Shown: piece by piece, positions 1 to 11,790 of the stretch | Layout: each line of letters starts with the position of its first letter | Position numbering within the stretch: the stretch's first letter is position 1 | Source: Lama glama | Lineage: Eukaryota | Length of the DNA stretch: 64,000 nucleotides | Assembly (NCBI GenBank): GCA_028534125.1 | Contig: CM052838.1 | Coordinates: 63,488,001 to 63,552,000 of the forward strand | Direction: 5' to 3' | Translations under genes and position numbers: made by a program | Notes under the pieces: model-generated | What the model was told of the DNA's origin: nothing | The model's input: the letters and a program-made list of their open reading frames with translations, nothing else | The model's database searches: none

Positions 1-437
1 CAACCCCTACAAAAGCAGCCCCCTCTATTCATTCCCCAGACTGAGATTTAATTGGGACAGTGCTTCTCTGGCTGAAAACAAAGTTTTAGAACCACTGCTC
101 TGAATGGCCAAAAAGCCCAGCTGGTTCCCAAATTTGATCACCCTCCATCCTCAAAACCAGCATATGAACATGTGCAGCTATCTGAGGTTCAGACTCTTCC
201 ACTGGAAGTGGCAAGAGGATGGTGACCTAGAGCCACTGAGTCTCCAGGAAGCACACCGGGGGGCCAGGGGATCAAGGTGAGGAGGACACCACTGTTAGCT
301 TGGGTATAATTTGAAGCAATTACCTAATTATTTCAAAGAGTCGGGGCCAGGGGATGTGTGTTCACCCTGTGAGTTTGTCGGCCTTGTTGGCTTATCTGTG
401 AAATCTTTATTTAAGTTCATGAAAAATGTACACTTCC

Positions 438-520
438 TTTTTTTTAACGCAGGTCCTGGGGATTGAACCCCGGACCCTGGTGCACGCTCAGCACGCACTC
501 TGCCTCTGACGTCTTCCCCC
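438..520 (-). mobile_element. tRNA-derived SINE (camelid vic-1-like)
   Basis: The reverse complement reads GGGGGAAGACGTCAGAGGCAGAGTGCGTGCTGAGCGTGCACCAGGGTCCGGGGTTCAATCCCCAGGACCTGCGTTAAAAAAAA: a tRNA-like head, Pol III B-box GGTTCAATCC and A tail. It aligns with the copy at 33129. Confidence 0.85.
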
Positions 521-1473
521 TTTCCCCCCAAAATGTACGCTTTCTAACAGAAATAACACCGTGGTGTTTTGGAGATAACAAGCTGTGCACATTTCGGAAC
601 TCCAGCCATGGTATCATTTAGATACAAATTCTGCAACTTGGTTAGTAGCAGCTACACAAAAGTGACTTATAAAAACCTTCAAATTTTACCTTTTTTTAAA
701 AAATAGGAAACATGTTCACGAAGGTTCCTACAATGGTCATGTAATTATGTTTCCTACACCAAGAAGGTTCCCAGTCTGGTGGCAAGGGATGATTTCTCAC
801 TTCCATCATCCCCTACACATCATGTTGGGTCCTCTGCAGCCACTCTCGGGCCAGTGGTGGCTCTGAATCTGACTCAAGGAAAACTCAGGGACACCAGCAG
901 CCCACGCAGGGCTGTTGCTGTGTAATCAACGCCTCTGACTCTGCTGGCCAGGTGAGCACAGGCATGCTGCTGGCTGCACTGCTTACTCAAAAAGAGTGGA
1001 GGTCAATTTGGAAGCTTTGCTTCCATGAGCCCGGCATGCTGCCTGCAGAGCAAGCATGTAATTCGCGCTGTGCTGGCTTGAAGACCACGCACCTCCCAAT
1101 AACCAGCTCTTGTCATGAGAAAGTCAGAAATGGAGGTCCTGCCCTATACAGGAGTGAGACCCTGCACAGTTCAGCTCAGAGCCCTGGGCACCCCCTTCGT
1201 GGAAACAAACTCAGCACCATGAGAGAAGCTGCTATCTCACAGCCTCCATTTCTCAGACCCGGCAATGATGAAGCATAAATTAATAAAACCAAAACATCTG
1301 CTTCTTGAATGATTGAAAGAATGCAACTGAGTGAATGAAGTCAGCAACCTGAAGAAGTCCTGGTAACTAAGCCATCAGACAGGACTTTCCCCCAAGACAG
1401 CTTCACATGGGACACCTGGACACATGACTCATCCAGAGAACAAAGTCCCAAATTCCTTCCCCTATCTGTTGAG

Positions 1474-1995
1474 CCATCTGTCCATCCAGCAAGTATTTTT
1501 AAAGCTCCTACTTTGTGAGAAGCACCGTATCATGTGCTGGAGTTAAGGGATGAACGTGGCATAGCCCTTACTCGGGAAGAAACCAACACGGGCAAAAGAA
1601 AATCAATCCAGGAGGAGCACCTGTGTGATGCAAAGTACTGTGCAAACACACAGGTGCTGGAGGAGGAACAAACTTCATTTTAAGGAACGTTTTGAGGAAG
1701 CAGTGACATTTGCATCAGATCTTGAAATAGGAGTAAAATTATAAAAGTGTGGGAGGAGAGAGGAAGCGTATTTGAGGACTAGAAACCAGTATGTGCAAAA
1801 CTGTGGATGTCTGACAAGGATAAGGAGTTCAGGCAAGGGCGACCCAGAACACTGAGTGCCACACTGGGGCCACTGGAGGTAGAGAAAGAAGAGAGAGGCG
1901 TGTGGATTATGGACGACCTTGACTGCCATATTCAGAAGATTGAACTTAATCCTATCTGCCCCGGGGAGACATTGAAGGGTTTGCAGTGGAATAGC
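1474..1995 (-). mobile_element. L2 LINE 3' fragment
   Basis: Starts with a degenerate L2 terminus (CCATCCAGCAAGTATTTTTAAAGCTCCTACTTTGTG). Includes the typical L2 block GACCTTGACTGCCATATTCAGAAGATTGAACTTAATCCT...GGGGAGACATTGAAGGGTTT. Confidence 0.75.
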
Positions 1996-2960
1996 ATGAA
2001 CCAATTTCATCTCAAAACCAAAGGTCTACACATACTTTTGCAACAATTCAACTACAGAAATGAAGACAGGCTTGCTCACGGAGGTTGCTGCCAGTTTCTA
2101 ACCTACATATCCCGGGCATCAATTTAAAACTCAAAACTGCCTTGCGTCACCAGGCCCAGGTGCTGGCCACAGGCCAGTGGCACCCCTTCCTTCAAAGACT
2201 CCCTCCAGACTCTCATTTGTAACTCTAACTGTCACACGTGTTCCGTGGGCTTTGTCCTCCTTTCCAGACCTTTTACATGGGGGACAGGTTTTAAATAAAA
2301 TAAAAAATTCCTCGTGCTTCTCGCAGATTGGACTTGATTAAATATCCCACTGATAAAGGGTAAGCAAATGTCAGCTTCAATATCATAAAAAGAGAAACGA
2401 GAGTTCATGCAAGCGGCAAAGCAAACAATCCATTTTCATACTTTATTAGAAACATCTATTGCCATAATGACTACATCATTTTAAGCAAGCAGGTGGAAAG
2501 GTGTTCTGTGCGCGGTATCTCCTGATATCTTTATTTTGAAGATGTTCTCTCTCCAGTATTTAGACAGGTGTTTCATTCCCACTAATAGAGTGAGGGCATG
2601 AGAAGCTGTGGTTTTAGCTGCCGTAGAAGCGCTTGAAGGGCATGGCCTTTCACCGTGCTTCCCCAGGGATGTGAATCCACTCAACGCGACACTTTTCCAC
2701 ACTGCACAACGTGCAGATTGTGGGCACCAAGGGCAGAACTCACTGTACACTACTCAGTGTTCTTCCAACGTCCACAGCTCACGTTCCGAATGTGCCTCCC
2801 AATTTTCCCAATCCCTCTATAATTTACTAGTCACGTAATTATGATCTCGATTCTACAGCCAAAAGATATAGAAAGGGCTATGTTCTCTAATATCTACACC
2901 ACTTTGAAAAATATTTGCAGATTATCTAGAAGAGGAGATTCTAAAAGCCCTTCACTCACC

Positions 2961-3488
2961 TGTTATTAGTTATCTATTACTGTGTAACAGGATTACTGCA
3001 AACTTAGTGGCTGAACAGAACACACATTCAGTATTCACAGTTTCTATGGGTGCAGCTTAGCTGGGTTCTCTATGGAGCTGCAGTCAAGATGCTGGCCAGG
3101 GTCGGTGTCTCATCTGGAGGCTTGACTGGGGAAGGAGCCACTTTTGATCTCATACAGTTGTTGGATTCATTTCCTTGTGGCTGAAGGACTGAGGACCTGA
3201 GTTTCTTGCTGGCTGATCAGAAGCTATTCTCAGCTCCTTGCCACGTGGTCCTCTCCATATGACCCTCACAATATGGCAATTTCCTTCTTCAAAGCCAGCA
3301 AAGGAAAGAGCCACACAGCAAGGCCAGTGTTACAATTGAACGTAATGGAGTCACGTGTGAGATTTATACTTCCTTCACTGTGCGCTTTCAGGCAGAAGCA
3401 TGTACAGATCCCACTCACACCCCAGGGTAGGGGACCCCACAAAGGGTGAACACCAAGAGGCAGGAGCTACCTCAGTCCATCCCCCATA
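2961..3488 (-). mobile_element. MaLR solo LTR (MLT1E/F/G-like)
   Basis: Terminus TGTTATTAGTTATCTATTACTGTGTAACA...AAACTTAGTGGCT. Internal GCAGTCAAGATGCTGGCCAGGG, CATCTGGAGGCTTGACTGGGG and CTTCTTCAAAGCCAGCA are typical of MLT1. Confidence 0.85.
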
Positions 3489-3746
3489 CCTTCCTTCATA
3501 TTCAGTAGGGCACCTGGAGTAGGTGGGGCCAGTTTCCTATGGTAGAATTGAATTGCTTCCAAATTTAACTAAGTGGGGAAAAAAATCATGTAGTTTGATA
3601 AGCTATTTCTCCCTTTAATGTCATAAATTCAGATCTTCTTTCTTATAGATACTAAAATTCCCAGGCTGCATAACTTAGAAATGTTCAATTTCTGCTTTTC
3701 TTTGGCAAACATAAGTGACTGGAGTAGGAGGTAACGTGAAGTATTT

Positions 3747-3845
3747 TAATTCAGCCAAACAGCAAATATTTATTGAGTTCTTACCAAACCCTCTGCAAAG
3801 GAGCCCTGGAAAGCAGAAGGCAGGGGCCTCTGTCTCAAGAGTTTG
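3747..3845 (-). mobile_element. L2 3'-end remnant
   Basis: CAGCAAATATTTATTGAGTTCTTACC resembles the reverse-complemented L2 terminus (CAACAAATATTTATTGAGCACCTACT). Confidence 0.55.
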
Positions 3846-4589
3846 AAGAATTCATTAGAGCAGAAAATATCTTCCAAATTTCTAAGTATATGAAAGAGAT
3901 TGACTCTTCTGTTTCTCTCCTAGTTTATGAGCAAATAATTAGAGACCGTACTTCTTGGCTGTGCAAAAACTGCCTTGCACACACAGTATGTGAAGTTATG
4001 TCAGATTAGAGCAAAAGTGAGCAAACACATGGGCTGGCTGAGGCTTCCACATGGGCAAGAGGGACACTCAACACAGAGACGAGCCCTCCACTCAAAACAG
4101 CTGGGCCCCACCTCAGACATACTTGTGAAAGGATTTCTGGGCTCCCAGAAAGTAGCCAGTGCCCACCGCCCCCCCCCCACCAATGTGAGCTGAAACCAGA
4201 GCAGTGAGAGCAGGAAGTGGAAAGCAGATGATGGGAAATGCATGTGTGTGGGCCGGCAGAGCAGCCCCCGAGCCGTGTCAGCACCGCACTACCGGGACTA
4301 AACTTTGGTCCCCTGGCAGGATGGAGGAGCTGACACTGACACTCACAGATTCAGGCTGAGACTCTAGAATCAGACTAAAACTTGTTCTAGTCAGTGGTGA
4401 CTCCTGGCTCCCAATCCAAGCAAAGTCAAATGAAAGTCTTCTAAGGAGAAAAACATACTCAGTCAGGCTGCCAGGATTTTCATCAAATAACATCTATTAA
4501 ACATGAGTTCGCTGTTGAAGATGTTCCGTATTTACAAGGAAGTGAGGTGCCATGTGGGAGAGTCAACAGCAAAGGAGCACCAAAGCCAA

Positions 4590-5972
4590 ACAAAGAGAAG
4601 TTCTTCAAGCAAGAGGAGATAAAAGCAAATCACATACAAAAGGATAGCTGTTGGGCTGACGGCAGACTTCTCAAAAGACACAGTGAAAGCCACCAGTCCA
4701 TGGGTTATTATCCGGAACGTGTTAAGCAAAGAAAAAAAGCCTGTCAACCAGAATCATATATTCACCAAAACAATCTTTCAAGAGTGAGGATAAAATAAAC
4801 ATATTTTCCGATTAAAAAATAAAACAGGAAAGAAAAATATTCTAGAAGGAAAGTGTGAGATGTAAGAAAGAATGAGGAGCAAACAGAAGGAAAGTCTAAA
4901 TAAGTATTATGTGAATTGGTAATCATTATAATGTCTAATTTATAGGATTAAACAAGGATACAATTAAAATACTTCATATTAATAATACATAAGCCAAAAG
5001 GAGTGTTTAAAGTTTGTTGTCAGATACATGTATTGTTCCAGAAAAGAGCTGAGAAATTATCTTTAGATTGTTTTTAGTTTAATATGCATAATAAATTTTC
5101 AAAAGTAAACACTAATAAAAAAATTAAAGTGTCTAGCTTCAAAGCCAGTGGAGATAAGGAAATGGAATAAGAACACAAAATAAAAACTAAATTTTTTAAT
5201 ATCAAGAAAGAAGAAAATAGAAATATTAAATGAGACATATAGAAAGCAAATTACAATGGTGTAAACAAAGCAAGTATATCAATAATAAAAATATATGTTT
5301 TCAGTTTAAATTCCCAATTAAAATTTAGAGTAAATTTTTAGTGTAGATATTCATACTGTTATAAGAGACATGTTTAAAACATAAGAACATGAAAAGGTTG
5401 AAAATAAAATAATGAAAAAATATAACTAGGAAATAAACTCCAATATAAACACACTGGGGAGAACAATGAGAGATACACTGTATACTGATGAATGTTCAGT
5501 GTACCAGGAAGATGTAAATATTCTGAAGTTCTATGCACCACATGAAGGAACTTCACAAATCTCAAGAAAAATGATGGATAGCTCTACTAGTACAAATACA
5601 TAAGTCCATCCTCTTAGTGAGAGATTTTAGTTTAGCTCTTTAAATGCAGCAAACTTCCAAGTTAAGTAGTCAAAACAGCAGTCAAGATGTAGAATACTCG
5701 AATATCACAGTCAGTAAGCTTGGGGATTGCTAGCATATATAGAAAATTAGACCTTCTCAAACACAAATAGAACATTATAAAACTTGTCCACGAGGCCATA
5801 AGTCAAGTTCCAACAAAGCTTAAGGCTTGGTGTCATACAGATGATCACACATATCATGCAAGTGCTGATCAAAAGTCATTGACATTATAAGCTGATAACC
5901 AAAAAAAAAGGACTAAAACTTTTATATTCAAAAAATACATCAAAATAACTCATTGATCAAAGAAGAAAAAAA
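4590..5972 (+). mobile_element. Ancient L1 fragment (ORF1 C-terminus, spacer, ORF2 endonuclease remnant)
   Basis: From 4629 it translates ITYKRIAVGLTADFSKDTVKATSPW, then after a frameshift RIIYSPKQSFKSEDKINIFSD. These match the L1 ORF1p motifs ITYKG-IRLTADFS-W and RILYPAKLSFK-EGEIKTF. A-rich decayed ORF2 start from about 5270. Confidence 0.85.
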
Positions 5973-5984
5973 TAGCTTTTCTCT

Positions 5985-6592
5985 TTTTTCAATTATTTTA
6001 AACTGTGGTAACATACATATTTATCATTTTAACCATTTTAAGTGTGCAGTTCAGTGACTAAGGACATTCACTTGTTGTGAATTTTCCACTGTCCATTTCC
6101 GGAACCCTTCATCTTCCCAGACTGGAACTCCGTATCCACTAAACAGTAACTCCCACCCTCCATCCACCTCCTGGCAGCCACCGTCTCCTTCCTGTCTCTA
6201 TGCGTCAGGTGACTCCAGGGACCTCATGTCAGTGGACTCAGACACATTTGTTTTGTGACTGGCTTATTTCACTTAACACGGTGCCCACAATCCTCACCAA
6301 CATTATGGCACATGTTAGAATCGTCTCCTTTTTTGAAATTTAATATTCCATCACTTGTATATACCACATTTTGCTTATATAGCCATCTGTCAGTAGATAC
6401 TTGGGTTCCTTCCACCTTCTGGCTATTGCAATTAAAGCTGCTATGAACATGAGTGTACAAATACTGTTCTAGACCCTTCTTTCAGTTCTTCGGGGTATAC
6501 ACCCAGAAGTGAAATTGCTCGGTCATATGATAATTCTATTTAATGGCTGGAAGAATCACCATATTGTTTTCCATAGAAGCTGTGCCATTTTT
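5985..6592 (-). mobile_element. L1 3' end (L1MB-like)
   Basis: TTTTAACCATTTTAAGTGTGCAGTTCAGTG, GACTGGCTTATTTCACTTAAC, GCTGCTATGAACATGAGTGTACAAATA and TATACACCCAGAAGTGAAATTGCT are reverse-strand L1 3'UTR/ORF2-end hallmarks. Confidence 0.9.
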
Positions 6593-7349
6593 GGATTTTT
6601 CTTTTAATATTGAGCCGAAACTTCTCCAAATCTCCATCAGCCTCATCATCATCACCACCAGCACCAGCATCACAGAAAAAAAATCCACTTTATTTTAGGT
6701 TGCCTTTTTTTATTTCATACTTGCTCACTTTAGTCAGCCCTATGTAAAATGTCCATTATTTTTAGGATGACAAAACTTACTAGACAGTCAGTTTTCTCTG
6801 GATATACTCCATCGTTAGTCAACTTCAAATGAGTTGTTTAGAAAAGAAAGTGAACATTTTTTATAATAAAATATAGTGCTATTGAACAAAATTCCCCACT
6901 GCTAGCTTGTGCTCTCTGAGAGCATGTTCATAAGTGAAAGGCTTTGAAAGGAATTCGAGATTACCAAGTAAAAATGGTCCTGTGATTACTACGTTCAGTT
7001 ATTCCTAGATGTGCATTTAGTATCCTGCTGCACAAAAAAGCTGCAAATACGTATGACAGAGATTAAAGCATAGCAAAGAAAGGAACAGAATCTGTGGGTG
7101 CTGGGGGGAGGGGCTTGCCAATTTATCATATTAGTGAAAGGATTAAGAATTAGAAAGCACGAAGTCATCTTCGTTTCACTCACAGAACTCTGATTTCCTT
7201 GGAAATGATCATTTCAAAGAATTGATTTGGACTCTATCCTGAGCATCAGTAAACTTCAGCTTAGCCAGCCCAGGGGGGCTAGAAAAAAATAGTTTATTCA
7301 TTTATTGCATAAAGACTTGTTCTTCACCTGCAGCTTAGGAGTCACCTAG

Positions 7350-7520
7350 CAACTTTACAGTCATTTTCTCTACTCCTTATGATAGCCTTGCAAATGACGT
7401 TATCATTACCTCCATTTTATACTGGAGAAAACTGACTTCCAAGAAGCTACCTATCCTGCAGAAAAGGACAGGATCAGTTACAGTCAGTAACTAAACTTGC
7501 ATGTTTCCTCTGGCTCTTTG
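7350..7520 (-). mobile_element. MIR remnant
   Basis: ATTACCTCCATTTTATACTGGAGAAAACTGAC resembles the MIR core (ATCCCCATTTTACAGATGAGGAAACTGAG). Confidence 0.6.
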
Positions 7521-7559
7521 CTTGGAGCCGATCATCTAATTATTCCCCCAGACAGACCT

Positions 7560-7990
7560 TATAGAAGGTAAATTCTCTGGGTCTCTTTAGAATCAAAAAT
7601 GCCTTTATTCTCCTCTCATGTTGACTGTCAGTTGGGCTGGGTATACAAAATCCTTTTCCCTGAGAACTTTGGGGATATCATCCCAGTGTGTTCTGCCTGT
7701 GGTGCTGGTGAGAAGACTCAAGTCAATGTGATTCTTGATTCTTTATAAGTAGCTCTGATTTTTCCCCCTTTCTCTGAAAGCCCTTAACAATGTTTCTCTA
7801 CCTTTGGTGCTCAGAAATTCAACAGTGATGAGGCTTCCATCTTTTTTTACCGGCTCCACTCAGCCCTTGGTCTTTCAATCTGAAAACACAGGTATTTCTT
7901 CAGCTATGGGAAATATTTTCTCATTATTCCCTTGCTGAATGCTTTCTTCTGTTTCCTTTGTGCTCTTTTGTGTCTGGGCGTGGGGCTCAG
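7560..7990 (-). mobile_element. HAL1/old L1 ORF1 remnant
   Basis: The minus strand near 7920-7870 translates KYFP*LKKYLCFQIER, matching the ORF1p motif ENFPELKK-QIERA. A decayed IRL-DFS-type segment follows. Confidence 0.7.
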
Positions 7991-10026
7991 CAACCTCCCG
8001 GGACCCTGAGCCTTCACAGCTCCGATCTGCTCCTTCTTGCTCCTTGGCTGATGCCGCCCCGTGCCCGGCTCTGGGTGGGGAGGGGGCTTCCAGTCAGCAC
8101 AGCTCCTGCAAAGGCTGCGCTGGGGGGCAGAGCCCACATGTTCCACTGTTTCCTGCCTCAGGGTCTCCTGCACGTGCCGCGGACTAAGGCTTTTCTCCCT
8201 TCCCTTCTCAGCTCTGTCTATTTCTGGCAGACTCCTGCACACTTCTGATTCACTATTTTTCTTAATTCTTCTTTCTCGTGTTTTAGTGGACTGCTTATTT
8301 TTAAAAGGCTTTACTGAGACTTTGTGGCATTGATGGTCCCCAAGTTGTAGACAGTCTCTTCTCGGGCCACCACGCGGCTCCTTAATTCACTCTGCACTTT
8401 AACTGCTCATAAAACACACAATGCGAAAAACCAGTTTGGGGTGTATTATAACTGAGATCAGTTCTCTGTAAATGGCTACTTCGAAAACATATTGGAAGCC
8501 CGGAGCGGTCCTGGTACATATCTTGGCGTCAATCAGTGCAGGCTTTTACGTTGCAATAAACTGACGGCAAGCATCTCGAGGACTTTTCAGAATCATAATT
8601 GAGGTTTAATCCTCCTTCCTGTTCTTTTGATGCAAATCTCAACAGCACAGGGATGACCTGGCTGTTCTGGAACTGTTTCCAGCAGCTGGAATGGTACGAT
8701 ACAGAGCTACGTCTATCAGAATTGAGTTTTTACTTTAAGTGCATTTTCCTTTGACTTTTCTGCTGCTGTGCTTCATACATTTTCTGCAGAGTCAGAAAGA
8801 TGCAGTTTCAAAGGTAAATTGAAGCCATTTAGACCCACCTATGATTCTGGAATCACATTTGTGTGTATGTGTTTGTATTTCATGAGGTGTGTCCTGTAAA
8901 TAAGTTTTAGCAGTATTCAGTGTTTTATTTACTATTCAATCTAACCGGCTTATCAAAAATTTTAAAAATCTAAATGATGTGCAGACAAGCTGCATGCAAA
9001 ACCCAAAATGTAAGCAGGAGGAGATGTACAAAAATGGTGTTTATTACCAACAGGCTGGGAGCCTCGCGATGCTTCACCCCGTTCAGCAGGGCAGAGAAGC
9101 CTCGCCCCAGAAAGCTGGGAGGGGCGTTGAGCAGAAAGAATATTCCACTAGAAGTGTGGGAACCTCAGACAATTTGGGTGGTTTTTCCAGAAAAGACCTC
9201 ATGAAAAGGTTCATTTAGCAAGTGGTGGGAAGCCTAGAAGTCAGGAAGTCGATTGTTAACAGCAGAGAAGATCTTAGAATTTAATGGGGAACTTAGTGAC
9301 CATCCAGTGATGGGCTGATATGGGTGGGTTTTATTCGGGCCACCGTGGTCACCTGGATCTCAGTGGCTCATGCATTCAAACAGGACAGCACTTGGCCGAA
9401 AAGCACAGAAAACGCAGCACCGGGCACACGCTCCAGCAGCTGAGTGCAGTTCTCTCTGCCAGGCTCCAAGTCCGAGGGGCAGGATATATTTACGATGGGG
9501 TTTTAAGCAATTTCCCCTGCCCCCGGGTCATGACTGGGGCTGCTCTCCAGGCCTCTCCGGGTTCCCATTTCACAACTTCTGCAGATCCCACAGACCACTA
9601 AGGAATGATGTGTAAATTTCACACAGCTCCCACGTTTGGGTTGGAAGAGCATCTGAAAACTTGGTTGCTTACCCAGAATTTATCCAAATATTGTTCATTG
9701 GACAATCTCACGTGATTGGCCTTTCTCAAGAGACTTTCCTGGGTTTAAGCCCAGCCAGAAACAGTAAATGAACAGCCAATCAGTGAGTTCAAAGGCACGC
9801 AGTTTTTAAACACCAAGACTGAAAAGCCTCCTCTTTGGAACCTCAGGAATGATTTGGATTGGCTTGTGCCTTCCGCAGAGATCAGAGTCAGCCCCCCACC
9901 CTCCCTGCACACCACAGGAGTTTTACTATAGTCACAGGAAGATTAAACAGCGGTCCGTTGAGAACCGCTGCCGTTCCCGTGAGAAGGAAGGACTCCGATT
10001 CCCAGGAGACACCCATTCTTTGCTAG

Positions 10027-10496
10027 GGTATTAGTTTTCTCTTGCTGCTGAAACAAATCACCACGAACTTAGTTGCTTAAAGCAACAGAGTATTTGGGGG
10101 GTTTGTTTTCATTTTTTTCCAGTTCTGAAATTAGAAGTCTAAAATCAAGTCTAAGATGAGGGCTACATGCCTGGGGGCCTCATGGAGAATCCTTTCCTTG
10201 TGTCCTCCAGCTTCTAGATGTGCTTGCATTTCTTGGCTCACGGCCCCTTCCATGAATCATTCCAGCCTCCTGTCTCTCTTGTCACCCCTCCTACTGCCCA
10301 CTCAAATCCTCCTGCCCCTCTTTGACGGACCCTTGAACTGCATCAGGCCCACCTGGAGAATCCAGAGTACTCTCACCTCAAGATCCTTAGCTTAACCACA
10401 TCTGCAGAGTCCCTTTGCATGTCAGGTGACACTGACAGGTTCGGAGGATTAGGACACAGATATATTTGGGGGCAATTATTCAGCCAACCAACCACA
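10027..10496 (-). mobile_element. MaLR solo LTR (MLT1D-like) with 5-bp TSD
   Basis: Begins GGTATTAGTTTTCTCTTGCTGCTGAAACAAATCACCACGAACTTAG and ends TTATTCAGCCAACCAACCACA. Flanked by GCTAG (10022-10026) and GTTAG (10497-10501), one mismatch. Confidence 0.9.
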
Positions 10497-10547
10497 GTTA
10501 GTTTCCCCTTAACCAAAAACTCTAGATTCAAAAGCCAAAGTAATTTG

Positions 10548-11230
10548 TGTTTCTTGGTCTTTATCCAAAGATGTCAAAAACTATGGCCACATAAAAACTT
10601 ACACATGAAAGTTTATAGCAGCTTCATTCATAACTGCCAAAGCTTGGAAATAACCAAGATGTCCTTCAGTAGGTGGATGGATAAATAAACTGTGGTACAT
10701 CCATTTAATGGAGTATTATTTGGCAGTAAAAAAAGAAATGAGGTATCAAACCATGAAAAGTCATGGAGTAAACTTAAATGCATGTTACTAAGTGAAAGAA
10801 GACAGTTTCAGAAGGCGACATACTGTTTGATTCTGACTATATGACACCCAGGAAAAGGCAACACTACAGACGCGGTGAAGCGCAGTGGTTGCCATGGGTT
10901 GGGGAGGGGGATGAAAGGAGGAGGACAAAGGGATTTTTAGGGCAATTAGATTACTGCCTATGATGCCATGATGGTGAATTATGTGTTTGTCTAAACCCAT
11001 AGACTGTACAACACCAAGAGTCAACCCTGATGTTAACCGTGGGCTTTGGGTGATGACGTGTCCACGTGGGTCCAACAATTATAACAAAGGTACCACCTGG
11101 TGGGGATGTTGGTGGCAGGGGAGGCTGTGCATGTGGGGGGAGGATGTATTCAGGACATCTCTGTACCTTCCCTTCCATTTTGCCGTGAATCTAAAACGAG
11201 TCTACCCCTTTCAAAAAAAAAGTAAATAAA
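10548..11230 (+). mobile_element. L1 3' end (L1MC1-like)
   Basis: Contains AACCAAGATGTCCTTCAGTAGGTGGATGGATAAATAAACTGTGGTACATCC and AAACCCATAGACTGTACAACACCAAGAGTCAACCCTGATGTTAACC, and ends in an A-rich tail. Confidence 0.9.
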
Positions 11231-11479
11231 ACAACTCAAAAAATTGTCTCAATTTTTTAAAAAGAGAGGAAAAAACTATTACTAAAATATTCTGTATTTA
11301 CTCCCATTGATAGTTTTGACAGTAGTTCAAGGTCAACTGCATTTACTTTCTTTGAAAATGCGGCATACTAATAAACGTTTTCTTATCTAAATAAGGACAG
11401 TGTGCAGTAACAGCAAGAATAAAGAAGAAAGAAAAAGCTACGGCATGCACCCTCACAACTTCCTGTTTGTGGAAGCAGG

Positions 11480-11790
11480 CCGAGAGCGAGGCCCGGAGCC
11501 CCGGTTTGAGTGGGCAGCGTCAGGGGGTGTGCCCTCTGTCTGGAGCTCACGTGAGGTTTGGGGCGTGGGGGGAGGCGCGTGCCGGCCCAGGAGGCTGGCT
11601 CTGGCTCGGTGAACCCGCTGGGTGACCGGGGACCTCGGCTTCGCTGGAGGGACACACCCCACCTCTCTGGGCCCCGGTTTCTCCTGAGCGAGAAAAGGCG
11701 CGCACCACTCCTGTCCTGTTCACGAAGCATCACGAGGCAGCGGGAGGGGCGCTCGCCGGGCAAGCACAGGGTCGTGTTTAGGATCAAAGG
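11480..11790. promoter_or_regulatory. CpG-rich patch (weak CpG island)
   Basis: High GC with many intact CpGs (e.g. GAGGCGCGTGCCGG, AGGCGCGCACC) in non-repeat sequence. Confidence 0.4.
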
